From Candidatus Poribacteria bacterium (GTDB lineage: Bacteria > Poribacteria > WGA-4E > WGA-3G): a stretch of 64,000 nt of DNA. The number at the start of each line of letters is the position of its first letter. Position 1 is the first letter of the stretch. Shown piece after piece: positions 1 through 9,988 of the stretch. The stretch spans positions 1,656,686 to 1,720,685 of the forward strand of contig OZ242310.1 in assembly GCA_965207855.1 (NCBI GenBank), in the 5' to 3' direction. A program made the translations under genes and the position numbers. The notes beneath the pieces are model-generated. The model was not told where the DNA came from and did not search any database. It saw nothing but the letters and a program-made list of their open reading frames with translations.

Positions 1-19
1 GGCATTTACAAATCTCCGC

Positions 20-697
20 TTATTTGTTATTACGGAACACCAATATAAATCTGTTTTCTTCTATTTGCACAACGCGTTCTAAAAGAAAGTACTTCTCAAT
101 AATGTGCTTAGCAAAGGGGACTGTCCAAAAGTAGGTTGGATACGCGTACGTACCTTTGTTAGGAATTGTCTTATTTCCTCCTATCAAACCCGTCTGCACG
201 TCGTATCGCTCTGGAAGTGCTTCCTCCCCTGCTCTTTTGACTAATTCATCGTGCATAATGACAACGAACATACCCTTATTCGATAGAATCCGTTTCAGCT
301 GGACCGACAGGTTCTCCAGCATCTGATATGATAAGTAAATGTTATTTTGAGGAAGCATCGCGAGGTCGAAAGCATTCTCTTTGTAAGGGAGCGCAACTAT
401 ATCCCCGATATTAAACTGGCATTGACTCTTTCTTTTTTGTGCAACCTTTTTGGCGTGAAGGAGTGGAATCTCTGCGCAGTCAATACCTGTTGCTATCGCG
501 CCCATGTCTTCCATGGCAAAGGTAAAGCGTCCTGCATTGCAGCCTAAATCTAATGCGCGCATGCCGGGTTTTATGAGTCTACGCAAGTAATCTTCATATC
601 TGTCAACGGCAAATTGTGATCTCGGATTGTCAGGATCAGTTGTCGGGTGAACACCCGCCGCATTGTAATGTTTCCGAGTCGCATTGAATATGTTCAT
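20..697 (-). CDS. class I SAM-dependent methyltransferase
   Basis: ORF 20..871(-). It has SAM-binding motif I RALDLGCNAGRF and the downstream GIDCAE / FDLAM motifs. Start placed at the Met of MNIFNATRK, with AAGGAA about 10 nt upstream. In-frame Mets up to 871 cannot be excluded. Confidence 0.7.
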   Translation of the reverse strand: MNIFNATRKHYNAAGVHPTTDPDNPRSQFAVDRYEDYLRRLIKPGMRALDLGCNAGRFTFAMEDMGAIATGIDCAEIPLLHAKKVAQKRKSQCQFNIGDIVALPYKENAFDLAMLPQNNIYLSYQMLENLSVQLKRILSNKGMFVVIMHDELVKRAGEEALPERYDVQTGLIGGNKTIPNKGTYAYPTYFWTVPFAKHIIEKYFLLERVVQIEENRFILVFRNNK

Positions 698-833
698 AGA
701 TTTCTGTTCCTTCAAATATCGCTTGCATTGTCTGGTGTTATCGTGTAAATTGGTCGGATAGGATATACCGAACATTTTGCCACAATTCATCATGTCAGAC
801 AAGAGAAATTTACTGTAAAGGGAGGTCTTGCGG

Positions 834-1898
834 ATGCTGTCAACCGAAAACATGGGAGACGTTATCGTCACACCAAATCAATTAAGTGAGATGCAAGCAG
901 GTGATTATATTCTGCATGCCCGCGATGGTGTATTGAACGAGGTCCCAGTAGAGAAAATCCGAATGCCTTTGGACCCACAAGCGCACTATCAAGGATTGAA
1001 CCTCGTGCTGGCTCCCGATAGCACCATCTACGCAGTACAACACACCATCATCTCTAAGTCCACAGATGGTGGTAAGTGTTGGGAACATCTCAACGGGGAT
1101 CCATCTGCTTTCGGTTTCAACGGGTGGTTGCTGCAAGCCAATCGGCATGGGCAGCTTATTAATGTGAGTCAGCATGGTGAAGAACAGCCGCCGACTATCT
1201 GGCTGTCTGATGATGAGGGTGAAACGTGGGAACAAACGAGCGAAATAGATGTGGCACCGTTTCAAAAAACCGTTGCCGGTTCAAGTCTGACTCGGCTCAG
1301 CGATGGTACACTTCTCCTACCGATTAAAAGGCGGGATGATCCGTTTTACGAAGGGACAAACCCGACTTATGTCTTCGTCTCGAACGATGACGGACACACC
1401 TTCTCAAACCGATTCTTCTTGTCAGATTACGGAAATGAGGTCAACATCGCAGAACTTTTTCCCGAAAGACTGCTCGCAGTTATCCGGTATCAACCGGGCC
1501 CACCGAATCAACCACATACGAACAAAACAGTTTTCCTCGCAGATTCAATAGACAAAGGTGCTACATGGACGAATCTGCGTCAATTGACGAGTGTGCATGG
1601 GCAGTGCCACGGCGCGGCTGTCGGACTTTCCAATAATCGTGCTGTTGTGGCTTATGATCACCGGTATCCGCGGGAGCTCGGTAGCGGTAGAGCAATGTTC
1701 AGCAATGATAACGGCGAAAATTGGCACGATGAAGTCTACTATCTCTGTCATGGACATGTTGCTGGCTTTCCGAGACACGTCACCTTAGATGGCGACGAGA
1801 TTCTAACCTTTATCGGTTCCTGCTATGGTGATGTCAGCAAATGGGAGAACGCTACGGGGAACTCACACTTCTGTATTATCCGGTGGCGACCGGTTTAG
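834..1898 (+). CDS. BNR/Asp-box repeat (sialidase-like beta-propeller) protein
   Basis: Five Asp-box motifs (S-x-D-x-G-x-T/W-W type): STDGGKCWE, SDDEGETWE, SNDDGHTFS, SIDKGATWT, SNDNGENWH. GGAGG (821-825) lies 8 nt before ATG 834; the ORF track starts at TTG 828. No signal peptide is visible. Confidence 0.75.
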   Translation: MLSTENMGDVIVTPNQLSEMQAGDYILHARDGVLNEVPVEKIRMPLDPQAHYQGLNLVLAPDSTIYAVQHTIISKSTDGGKCWEHLNGDPSAFGFNGWLLQANRHGQLINVSQHGEEQPPTIWLSDDEGETWEQTSEIDVAPFQKTVAGSSLTRLSDGTLLLPIKRRDDPFYEGTNPTYVFVSNDDGHTFSNRFFLSDYGNEVNIAELFPERLLAVIRYQPGPPNQPHTNKTVFLADSIDKGATWTNLRQLTSVHGQCHGAAVGLSNNRAVVAYDHRYPRELGSGRAMFSNDNGENWHDEVYYLCHGHVAGFPRHVTLDGDEILTFIGSCYGDVSKWENATGNSHFCIIRWRPV

Positions 1899-1912
1899 GA
1901 CGAAAGGATATT

Positions 1913-3037
1913 ATGAAAATTACCGGATTTGAAACGATACCCATTCAAGGTCGGGCGATGATCTTGAAAATGTTCACAGACGAAGGCATCATCGGCTACG
2001 GTGAACCGATGAACTACGAGCATTGGCGGGTTGTCGCGCAAGCCGTGGATGACATGGGAGAGTATCTGATCGGCAAAGACCCACTGCAGATTGAAGCGCA
2101 TTGGCAAGCGATGTACAGATCGAGTTATAGTCGAAGCATGCCGGTACTTGTAGGGGCACTCAGCGGTATTGAGATGGCGATGTGGGACGTGTTCGGCAAG
2201 GTCGTCGGAATGCCGGTGTGGAAGTTATTAGGCGGTTCGGTGCGGGATCGAATTCGCGTCTATACCGGTATAGGCGGTACAACACCTGTAGCGTGTGCAG
2301 AAAGCGCGAGTAAAGCAGTTAAAGCAGGATTTCGTACAGTAAAGATGGGCGCATCGCCGCAACCTGTTCGGTTCGTTGATACCCCAAAGGCGATTGACAC
2401 GATGGTGACACGGGTGGCAGCGGTGCGAGAGGCAGTCGGTGATGAGGTCGATATTGCTGTTGATCTGCATCGACGCTTGAGTCCAACGATGGCAGTCATC
2501 TTGGTAAAGGAATTAGAACCTTTCCGTCTCCTATTTGCCGAAGAGCCGTGCCACCCGGAAAACAATGAACCCTTGTTAATGCTGTCCCGCTCCACAACAG
2601 TGCCGATCGCGACGGGTGAGCGGCATTTGACGAGGTGGGGTTTTAGAGAGGTCATCGAACGTGAGATGTGCGCTATTTTGCAACCCGATATCCGACACTG
2701 TGGCGGGATGCTGGAACTGAAAAAGATTTCCGCGATGGCGGAAATCCACAATATGGCGGTAGCACCCCATAACGCTGCCGGTCCTGTCGGGGTTGCCGCA
2801 TCGGTACACGTTATGGCAACCGTGCCGAATTTGCTGATATGTGAGGGCGGACACCGACGCGGAGAAGGGCTGTTTCAAACACCTTTGGTTTTTAAAGATG
2901 GATTTATTGAACTCCCGACAGCACCCGGGCTCGGTGTGGATATGGACGATGCAGCTATTGAAGCGATTCGAGATGAAACATTTCGGCTGCGTGGAATGTT
3001 CTGGCACGCAGACGACGGGGCTTTCGCAGATTACTAA
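1913..3037 (+). CDS. enolase-superfamily dehydratase (D-galactonate dehydratase / mandelate racemase family)
   Basis: ORF 1841..3037, with the start moved to ATG 1913 (MKITGFETIP). Metal-ligand motifs IAVDLH, FAEEP and IATGER plus QPDIRHCGG are typical of this family. Confidence 0.85.
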   Translation: MKITGFETIPIQGRAMILKMFTDEGIIGYGEPMNYEHWRVVAQAVDDMGEYLIGKDPLQIEAHWQAMYRSSYSRSMPVLVGALSGIEMAMWDVFGKVVGMPVWKLLGGSVRDRIRVYTGIGGTTPVACAESASKAVKAGFRTVKMGASPQPVRFVDTPKAIDTMVTRVAAVREAVGDEVDIAVDLHRRLSPTMAVILVKELEPFRLLFAEEPCHPENNEPLLMLSRSTTVPIATGERHLTRWGFREVIEREMCAILQPDIRHCGGMLELKKISAMAEIHNMAVAPHNAAGPVGVAASVHVMATVPNLLICEGGHRRGEGLFQTPLVFKDGFIELPTAPGLGVDMDDAAIEAIRDETFRLRGMFWHADDGAFADY

Positions 3038-3048
3038 CCACGCGCACT

Positions 3049-3339
3049 TCACGTCATTTTATTTTGATCATTCGGTCGTGTGGAAAGATTTGTTTTCGGA
3101 GGAATGTCCCATGAAATGTGTCCGCAGCGCGGGCATCGCATCTCAAATTCGACGAGATTTCTGACGGTGCCTGTTTTTTCGGGTTTCCGTCGGGTTTGAC
3201 ATTGTGGACACCGAACAGCACGAAATTCATCGGCATCGCTTTTGCCAAAGTAAGCACCTATCTTAAAGAGGAGCAATAGCAAGACAACGATGAGAATACA
3301 GAAGAGGCTGAAAATGAGAAAAGGGACAAGCGTTGGCAT
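3049..3339 (-). CDS. small membrane-anchored zinc-ribbon protein (hypothetical)
   Basis: N-terminal hydrophobic helix (LVPFLIFSLFCILIVVLLLLLF) followed by CPQC...CPRC. GAGGAAAG lies upstream of the ATG. Confidence 0.5.
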   Translation of the reverse strand: MPTLVPFLIFSLFCILIVVLLLLLFKIGAYFGKSDADEFRAVRCPQCQTRRKPEKTGTVRNLVEFEMRCPRCGHISWDIPPKTNLSTRPNDQNKMT

Positions 3340-3394
3340 GTGGCTTTCCTCACAAGGGTCAAGGCTGGAAAATAAATGCGGTTGTCGGTCGGCG

Positions 3395-3964
3395 TTAATC
3401 TATTAGTCGTATGAGCGGTTTGACAGAGTGCTGAAGATACGTGGTTTCTGTGACATTGTCGGCAAAGAAAGGGGTGTAAAATACATCAGCGATTTCAAGG
3501 AATGTGGGCAAGTCGAGTCCCATATAGTTTCCCGATCCATCGTCACATTCAACCACGACTTGCCTCAATTTATCCCGTCCCGCAGTAGAAAGTGTGCGCA
3601 ATGGGCGCAGCATTCGTGTATGATATTTGATCAGGGATGCCGAAACCTGAATCAATCCTTGGAGAAAAAGCCGATACGTATCCTCTGCTTGGTGCCACAA
3701 CCCTTCCCACGCTTCATGGGCTTCCCACCAATAAGCGAAGTTGTACAAATCTACACCGTAGAGATAATCCTCATTTTCCTTCCAGAGTTCTGGAGGTAGC
3801 GGATCATCATCGTGTTCTTCTTCGAGTCCATAACTGTGTCCGCGCGGATCTCGGATAGGATGTGGTGTAACACCAGGAATATGCCGATACGGCGGGAAGG
3901 GTTTTTGTGGACAGTATCGATGCCAACTTGGGTCAAAAGGTTCGGGTTGTTTAATAGTGTCCAT
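3395..3964 (-). CDS. DUF309 domain-containing protein
   Basis: The segment YLYGVDLYNFAYWWEAHEAWEGLWH resembles the conserved DUF309 core. Confidence 0.6.
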   Translation of the reverse strand: MDTIKQPEPFDPSWHRYCPQKPFPPYRHIPGVTPHPIRDPRGHSYGLEEEHDDDPLPPELWKENEDYLYGVDLYNFAYWWEAHEAWEGLWHQAEDTYRLFLQGLIQVSASLIKYHTRMLRPLRTLSTAGRDKLRQVVVECDDGSGNYMGLDLPTFLEIADVFYTPFFADNVTETTYLQHSVKPLIRLID

Positions 3965-3996
3965 ATTGTGGGAGGGGTTTGGAACCCCGAATGTCC

Positions 3997-5376
3997 TTAC
4001 ATTCTGCCGACCCCGATGTAATGAAAACCCGCGGCTCTTGCTTCTTCCGGCGAATAGACATTACGTCCATCAATGAGGATGGGGGTCTTCATCTGTTTGG
4101 CGAGTTTACGGAGTTCGAGTCTGTGGTAGAGTTCCCATTCAGTGACAAGCACTAACGCATCCGCATTGTAGGCGAGTTCATCTATGTTTTCTGTGAAGGA
4201 CAGGTTGGTGTTAGCAGATGGATCCTTTCCACGCAAAGCACGCTGCGCATTTTCAATAGCGATCGGATCGTGGGCACGAACAGTCGCGCCCGCAGCAACA
4301 AGTTCGCAAATGATGTCAAGTGACGGGGCTCCCCTAACGTCATCTGTGTTGGGCTTGAAGGCGAGACCGAGGATACCGATAGTTTTACCTTTGAGGGTCT
4401 TCAGGATACCTCGCAATTTTTCGATGATATGCGCGCGTTGGCGAAAATTAACGGTCCGTGCGGCGGTTGTGATGGGCATCTCGTATCCGGATTGCGCTGC
4501 GACCCCTAACAGGGCTGAAGTATCTTTAGGGTAACAACTCCCACCCCATCCGAGACCGGCACGGAGAAACTGATTCCCAATACGTGCGTCAAGTCCGATA
4601 CCGCGTGCCACCTCTGTCACGTCTGCCGCAACCTCTTCACAAAGCCCGGCAATTTCATTGATGAAACTGATTTTCAGCGCGAGGAATGTGTTCGCAGCGT
4701 ATTTAATCATCTCAGCACTGCTCGGATCGGTTGTCATCATCGGGGGCAGATGGTAAGCCGATGGGCGTGGAAATTCACTCGGTGGATCAAACGTCTGTTC
4801 GAGGATCGGTTTATAGAGGCGACGTAAGGTATCAACGGCTTCATCGCTATTGGCACCAACAACAATCCGATCCGGATACAGTGCACTTTGTAACGCTAAC
4901 CCTTCTTGTAAGAACTCCGGGTTTGAAGCAACGGATACATTTCCCCGAATACCACGTGCCAAAAAAACAGACTCGACAACCTGAGCGACGCGTTGGTTGG
5001 TGCCGATGGGGACCGTGGACTTAACAACGAGCGTATAGTGTCTATCGGGCAGACAGACTTCTGCAACCTCTCTCGCCGCTTGTTCAACGTGCTGCGTATC
5101 GGCTTCTCCGTTCTTTTTCGGGGGTGTTCCGACGGCAATCAGAATTAGTTCTGAATCGGGGACGACCTCAGCGACGTTTGGGGTGAAACGGATAGTGTGT
5201 TGGACTTCTTCAAGAAGGTTCTGGATGCCAGGTTCATGGATAGGGCTTTTCCCTTCATGCAGAAGGTCTAACTTGCTTTCGTCTTTCTCTACTATTGAGA
5301 CATTGTGATTGAGGTAAGCGAGGACGACACCCGTGGTCAAACCGACGTAGCCTGCTCCTATAATTGCAATCTTCAT
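3997..5376 (-). CDS. ugd: UDP-glucose 6-dehydrogenase (nucleotide-sugar dehydrogenase)
   Basis: N-terminal Rossmann motif MKIAIIGAGYVGL. Catalytic-Cys motif GWGGSCYPKD. Length 459 aa. Confidence 0.9.
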   Translation of the reverse strand: MKIAIIGAGYVGLTTGVVLAYLNHNVSIVEKDESKLDLLHEGKSPIHEPGIQNLLEEVQHTIRFTPNVAEVVPDSELILIAVGTPPKKNGEADTQHVEQAAREVAEVCLPDRHYTLVVKSTVPIGTNQRVAQVVESVFLARGIRGNVSVASNPEFLQEGLALQSALYPDRIVVGANSDEAVDTLRRLYKPILEQTFDPPSEFPRPSAYHLPPMMTTDPSSAEMIKYAANTFLALKISFINEIAGLCEEVAADVTEVARGIGLDARIGNQFLRAGLGWGGSCYPKDTSALLGVAAQSGYEMPITTAARTVNFRQRAHIIEKLRGILKTLKGKTIGILGLAFKPNTDDVRGAPSLDIICELVAAGATVRAHDPIAIENAQRALRGKDPSANTNLSFTENIDELAYNADALVLVTEWELYHRLELRKLAKQMKTPILIDGRNVYSPEEARAAGFHYIGVGRM

Positions 5377-5434
5377 ATTTTTAACTATTCCATCTTAAAA
5401 GCATCAATCACTTGCATTGCTCTATGCGCTCCCT

Positions 5435-6487
5435 TCATTGAACCGGGGGTGGTTCGACGCTTTCCAGCAACCTATTGATAATGTCCAAACTCGTGATACC
5501 GTCAGCCTCAGCGTTGAAATTCGTCAGAATTCGGTGGCGTAAGACGGGGATCGCAACTGCCTTGATATCCTCATAAGCGACATGATAGCGTCCGTGGAGA
5601 ATAGCTCGCGCCTTTGCACCGAGGACCAGATATTGCGATGCTCGGGGTCCTGCTCCCCATTGGACCCAATCCTGAATGAAGTCGTATGCATCTGGGGCAG
5701 GACGCGTCTGTCTATTCAATTCCACGGCATACTCTACAATCGCCTCAGCGATGGGGACTTTCCGGACGACCTGCTGTATTTGTAGAACCTCTTCTCCGGT
5801 GATAACAGCATTGATTTCCGGTTCATAAGCCGCTGTTGTGGTCATCACAATCTCTTTTTCAGAAGTTTTGTCTGGATAGTCGAGGGTAATATGGAACATA
5901 AAGCGGTCAAGCTGTGCTTCGGGGAGTGGGTAAGTCCCTTCTTGTTCAATTGGGTTCTGTGTCGCTAAAACAAAAAATGGACGTTCCAAGAAATAGGTTC
6001 TACCGCCTGCGGTGACCTGATATTCTTGCATGGCTTGTAAAAGTGCGGCTTGTGTTTTTGGGGGTGTTCGATTGATTTCATCGGCGAGAACAATATTAGC
6101 AAACACTGGACCTTTAATAAATCGGAAGGCACGTTTGCCGGTTCCATCTTCTTCGATAATATCGGTCCCGATGATGTCAGATGGCATTAGGTCTGGTGTA
6201 AATTGGATGCGGTTAAATGGCAGTTTGAGAATCTGTGCGAATGTGCTAATGAGCAGCGTTTTTGCCAACCCCGGTACCCCAACCAGTAAGCAGTGTCCCT
6301 GCGAAAAGAGCGCAATGAGGAGCTGCTCAATGACCTCGTTTTGTCCAATGATGCGTTTTTTGAGTTCAGTTAGAATATTTTCTTTAGCTGTTTTTAATGT
6401 TTCAGCGACTTCTATATCAGTTGCAGCTTGCGTGGCGGGCGTGTCGTTTTTCATATATTTAAGGTTTAGTCGTTTGAGGCTCTCCAC
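5435..6487 (-). CDS. MoxR-family AAA+ ATPase
   Basis: Walker A GVPGLAKT, Walker B LADEINR, and PKTQAALLQAMQE typical of MoxR/AAA_3. An alternative start at Met12 (6454) would remove the 22-nt overlap with the upstream kinase. Confidence 0.85.
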   Translation of the reverse strand: MESLKRLNLKYMKNDTPATQAATDIEVAETLKTAKENILTELKKRIIGQNEVIEQLLIALFSQGHCLLVGVPGLAKTLLISTFAQILKLPFNRIQFTPDLMPSDIIGTDIIEEDGTGKRAFRFIKGPVFANIVLADEINRTPPKTQAALLQAMQEYQVTAGGRTYFLERPFFVLATQNPIEQEGTYPLPEAQLDRFMFHITLDYPDKTSEKEIVMTTTAAYEPEINAVITGEEVLQIQQVVRKVPIAEAIVEYAVELNRQTRPAPDAYDFIQDWVQWGAGPRASQYLVLGAKARAILHGRYHVAYEDIKAVAIPVLRHRILTNFNAEADGITSLDIINRLLESVEPPPVQ

Positions 6488-7524
6488 ATTTGGAGCCCAT
6501 CAAAATCGAAGTTGACATCAATAACGCGTGCGCCAGCGTCTTCGAGTTTCTGGCGTACACTATGTTCGCGGGTCGGTTCACAGTAGAATAGGAGACATCC
6601 GCCACCACCGGCACCACACGCTTTTCCGCCGATGGCACCGTGTGCTGTCGCGATTTTAAACAGCTGCTCAATCTGCTCGTTTGTAACAGACGGGTGTAAC
6701 TTTTTCTGATGCTGCCAATTTTGGGTGAGTAGTTCGCCGAATTCGGTTAATCTACCGCGCATCAGTGCCGTTTTTGTCGCTTCAGCGGTGGCTTTGAGAG
6801 TCTCTAAGGCGTCGCGGACACTTGGATCTGCACTTTTATAGGCAGTTGTCACGTTCTGATGGATGTTACCCGAGAGTCTCGGTTGCCCGGTATAACAGAG
6901 GACGAGATTTTTTTCGAGTTCGTAGCGAATCTGAGGCGGGAGTCTCAGCGGCGAAGTTTTGACCTCTTCCCCTTGGAATTCCATAAAATGAATACCACCG
7001 AGGGCACTGGCGTAATGGTCTTGCTTCCCACCGAGTATGCCAAGTTCATGGCGTTCGATGGTGCTGGCGAGTTCGGCGTATTCATACGGAAGATAGGTGG
7101 CTTCTTTGAGGGCGCCGAGGACGCTGACGAGGGCAACTCCCATTGCTGCCGAAGTTCCCAATCCACTCCCAGGAGGGGCATTGGACTGTGTGATCAGGTC
7201 GAATCCACCGATCTGTATAGACATGCGCCGGACCCCTGCCTTTACTAAATCGATATTTCCATCATATTCGAGTTGACGCACATCGTCGGCTTCAATGAAG
7301 GTATCGAAATCTGCGGAATAGATACGAATACTTTTATCTAAAATCCGCTGCAGTTCAACGGAATCGTCCTGCGTTGTCTGACTTTCACACCGGAGCGTTG
7401 CGTAAGCATACCGGTTGATTGCTCCGTTAACGACCAGTCCCTTTGAATGCTCGGTGAATAGGGCTACGTCGCTCCACCCTCCAGCAAAGTCAATTCGGAC
7501 TGGAGCTCTCGCTCGGATTAGCAT
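6466..7524 (-). CDS. GHMP-family sugar kinase (fucokinase / heptose-7-P kinase-like)
   Basis: N-terminal RAPVRIDFAGGWSD and GHMP motif II PPGSGLGTSAA. Confidence 0.75.
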   Translation of the reverse strand: MLIRARAPVRIDFAGGWSDVALFTEHSKGLVVNGAINRYAYATLRCESQTTQDDSVELQRILDKSIRIYSADFDTFIEADDVRQLEYDGNIDLVKAGVRRMSIQIGGFDLITQSNAPPGSGLGTSAAMGVALVSVLGALKEATYLPYEYAELASTIERHELGILGGKQDHYASALGGIHFMEFQGEEVKTSPLRLPPQIRYELEKNLVLCYTGQPRLSGNIHQNVTTAYKSADPSVRDALETLKATAEATKTALMRGRLTEFGELLTQNWQHQKKLHPSVTNEQIEQLFKIATAHGAIGGKACGAGGGGCLLFYCEPTREHSVRQKLEDAGARVIDVNFDFDGLQMWRASND

Positions 7525-7763
7525 GACGAGTCTCCTGACATCGGTTTTTTACCCGCGCGCTTGCAAAAGATTCTATAAAGAGTGCGAAGGAGTAGACAAG
7601 CGTGCCTGTAGGTTGTACAAACCGAAAATAAAAACGTACCCTTCCAAAGCGTGATGAAGACAAGAAATTGTGGCGAAAGTTAGCCGATAGTCGTATTGGA
7701 ATATTTTGCAAGGGCAGTCTCTGTCGAGAAAGTGGTTAAAATAGTTGATGATAGATGTAACGC

Positions 7764-7819
7764 GGAAAAGCCGCAGCTACCCCCCATTCGGAAACGGGGC
7801 ATAGCCCCGCGGCTTTTCC
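7764..7819 (-). terminator. long hairpin downstream of hup
   Basis: GGAAAAGCCGC (7764-7774) pairs with GCGGCTTTTCC (7809-7819). An inner CCCC/GGGG hairpin sits inside. There is no strong U tract, so the terminator role is tentative. Confidence 0.35.
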
Positions 7820-7841
7820 CAGAAACTGAGCGAAATAACCG

Positions 7842-8129
7842 CTAATCTTGGGCAGCAGCGTCGCGAAGCTTCTTACCAGCTTTGAAGACAGGGACGGTCT
7901 TCTCAGGGATGCTGAGCGGTTCGCCAGTCTGTGGATTGCGACCTGTACGGGCTGGCCGAACTTTGGCTTCAAATGTTCCGAAACCGATCAACCCAACGGA
8001 ATCGCCGTTACTTAAAGCATCGCAAACAGTCGCAGCAAAAGCGTCAACAGCGGCTGTTGCCTCTTTCTTGCTAAGATCCGTCTGTTCGACAATACTGCTG
8101 ACGACATCGTTCTTCATTAATTTTGCCAT
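7842..8129 (-). CDS. hup: HU family DNA-binding protein
   Basis: GFGTFEAKVRPARTGRNPQTGEPLSIPEKTVPVFKAGKKL is the HU/IHF arm signature. Start moved to MAKLMKND (8129), with GAGGAA upstream. Confidence 0.9.
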   Translation of the reverse strand: MAKLMKNDVVSSIVEQTDLSKKEATAAVDAFAATVCDALSNGDSVGLIGFGTFEAKVRPARTGRNPQTGEPLSIPEKTVPVFKAGKKLRDAAAQD

Positions 8130-8255
8130 GTCAAATGTTCCTCTAATTTTCAGCCCGAACAAGAAAACAATACGTCTGCCAAATAATTAAGAAACGTGGG
8201 TTTTCCCATATCGAGCGTAAATTGGATTTAACAAAAAACTAATAGTAGTAATTAT

Positions 8256-8284
8256 ATTATACTATACAAATATAGATATGTCAA
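8256..8284 (-). promoter_or_regulatory. consensus sigma70-type promoter for hup
   Basis: On the minus strand: TTGACA (8284-8279), a 17-nt spacer, then TATAAT (8261-8256), about 120 nt upstream of the hup start. Confidence 0.6.
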
Positions 8285-8593
8285 GGTGAATAGCACCCAC
8301 AACCTGAAAATTGGGGCTTCGGCTTCGTAGCAACTGCGGTTTTCTCAAAGAGTCAACCGTCTTAGTATCGCTCCACCCGTAGGCAATTCCCCTATACCCT
8401 AAAAGAAATGGGTAAGGGCATATCGTGCGGAAACTTTCACGGCTATCCCTGCCTACAAAAAGAAAAGGGGAGTAACAGTCATACAACGTGCGGGCTTCAC
8501 CTCCGCTCCGAAACTTACGCGTGAACTGCTACCGATACATGTTTTTTACAAGGTCTCACTTGACACCCGCCACACACCATACGATTGGTGAGG

Positions 8594-8624
8594 GTAGGAC
8601 CCTCTCAAATGAGAGAGGTCGTAT
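8594..8624 (+). repeat. GTAGG-headed hairpin (REP-like family)
   Basis: GTAGG ACCCTCTC aaat GAGAGAGGTC GTAT. Confidence 0.5.
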
Positions 8625-8736
8625 GCCTATCCAGCAAGTGTAATATCATTATACTACATTTTGAGGTGAATAACAAGTTTATTTTTCAATAACGCCATTA
8701 GTTGCCGTCTACATCCAGCAAACGAAAACATGGGAC

Positions 8737-8765
8737 TTGACACCGTGTGTTAAAATTAATACCAT
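8737..8765 (+). promoter_or_regulatory. possible promoter upstream of asd
   Basis: TTGACA (8737-8742), a 17-nt spacer, then TACCAT (8760-8765). It would give a 5' UTR of about 200 nt. Confidence 0.35.
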
Positions 8766-8972
8766 AGATTGCGGAATTTGTCAAATTTTTCTTTAAAAGC
8801 CATGAATCAAATTTTTAGCGGAATGCTTTGATTTTCAACGGCTCTTTTACCTGCCTATATGGAGTGGCTTTACCGAAATATTTGCTTTAAGCGGTACGTT
8901 TGTGGTAAAATTAAGAAAATATAGTTTACTGAAGATTCCGCTTGAGTAACACAATAAAGGAAAATATCAAAA

Positions 8973-9974
8973 ATGCATGAAAGTTATCGTGTAGCAGTTG
9001 TAGGCGCGACCGGTGCTGTTGGCAACACGATGTTGCAAATTTTAGAAGAACGCGGTTTCCCTATTGCCTCCTTGAAACTTCTGGCATCGCACCGCTCCGC
9101 TGGTGAGATTCTGTCCTTTAAAGATGCCCCAATTATCGTTGAAGAATTAACGCACGATTCCTTTGGAGATGTGGATGTCGTCTTTTCATCGGCGGGTGGG
9201 GCTGTCAGTCGCGAGTTCATTCCGACAGCTGTCGAAAAAGGAGCACTCGTTATTGACAACACAAGTGCATTCCGTATGGATCCAGGCACACCCTTGGTTG
9301 TCCCTGAAGTTAATATGGATGCTGCACGGGCACATAACGGGCTTATTGCCAATCCGAATTGTTCCACCATTCAGATGATGGTAGCCCTTAAACCGATTTA
9401 TGATGCTGTTGGTATCAAGAGGATCGTTGTTTCGACCTATCAGAGCGTCTCTGGCAAAAGTGGGCGTGCTGTTATAGAATTGGTCCAGCAAACAAAGGAC
9501 GCGCTTCAAGGGGTACCGGTTACTTTAGATAAATTTCCACACCAGATGGCGTTCAATGTCGCCTTTGATTGGCCCTTTTTAGACAGCGGTGACAATGAGG
9601 AAGAGGTCAAAATGATCAATGAGACTCGGAAAATACTCGCGGATGACACAATTCGGGTCTCTGCTACAACCGTTCGAGTCCCAGTCTTCTACGCACATTC
9701 CGAATCCATAAACCTTGAAACACACGGAAAACTCACCGCAGCTGAAGCGAGAGAATGTCTCGCCACGGCTCCGGGCGTGAAACTTGTGGATGATCCGAGC
9801 AACCAGCAGTACCCACTTGCTATAGATGCTGCAGGCAAAGATGATGTTTACGTAGGTAGAATCCGTGATGATGCCTCGATAGAAAATGGCTTGAATCTTT
9901 GGGTCGTCGCAGACAACCTGCGGAAAGGCGCAGCCTTAAATGCTATTCAGATAGCTGAGAACCTGCTGTTATAG
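8973..9974 (+). CDS. asd: aspartate-semialdehyde dehydrogenase
   Basis: VAVVGATGAVG NAD(P)-binding motif. Active-site motif NPNCSTI. Length 333 aa. Confidence 0.93.
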   Translation: MHESYRVAVVGATGAVGNTMLQILEERGFPIASLKLLASHRSAGEILSFKDAPIIVEELTHDSFGDVDVVFSSAGGAVSREFIPTAVEKGALVIDNTSAFRMDPGTPLVVPEVNMDAARAHNGLIANPNCSTIQMMVALKPIYDAVGIKRIVVSTYQSVSGKSGRAVIELVQQTKDALQGVPVTLDKFPHQMAFNVAFDWPFLDSGDNEEEVKMINETRKILADDTIRVSATTVRVPVFYAHSESINLETHGKLTAAEARECLATAPGVKLVDDPSNQQYPLAIDAAGKDDVYVGRIRDDASIENGLNLWVVADNLRKGAALNAIQIAENLLL

Positions 9975-9988
9975 TCGATTAAAAAGAT

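Noticed and set aside
1841-1912. Longer start for the enolase-superfamily gene, overlapping the BNR gene end.
   Set aside because: The family N-terminus begins at MKITGFE, and that ATG has its own purine-rich upstream sequence. The extension is unconserved-looking.
8262-8486. 74-aa ORF in the hup-asd intergenic region.
   Set aside because: It has no RBS and an improbable composition, and it overlaps promoter-like and repeat elements. I treat the region as noncoding.
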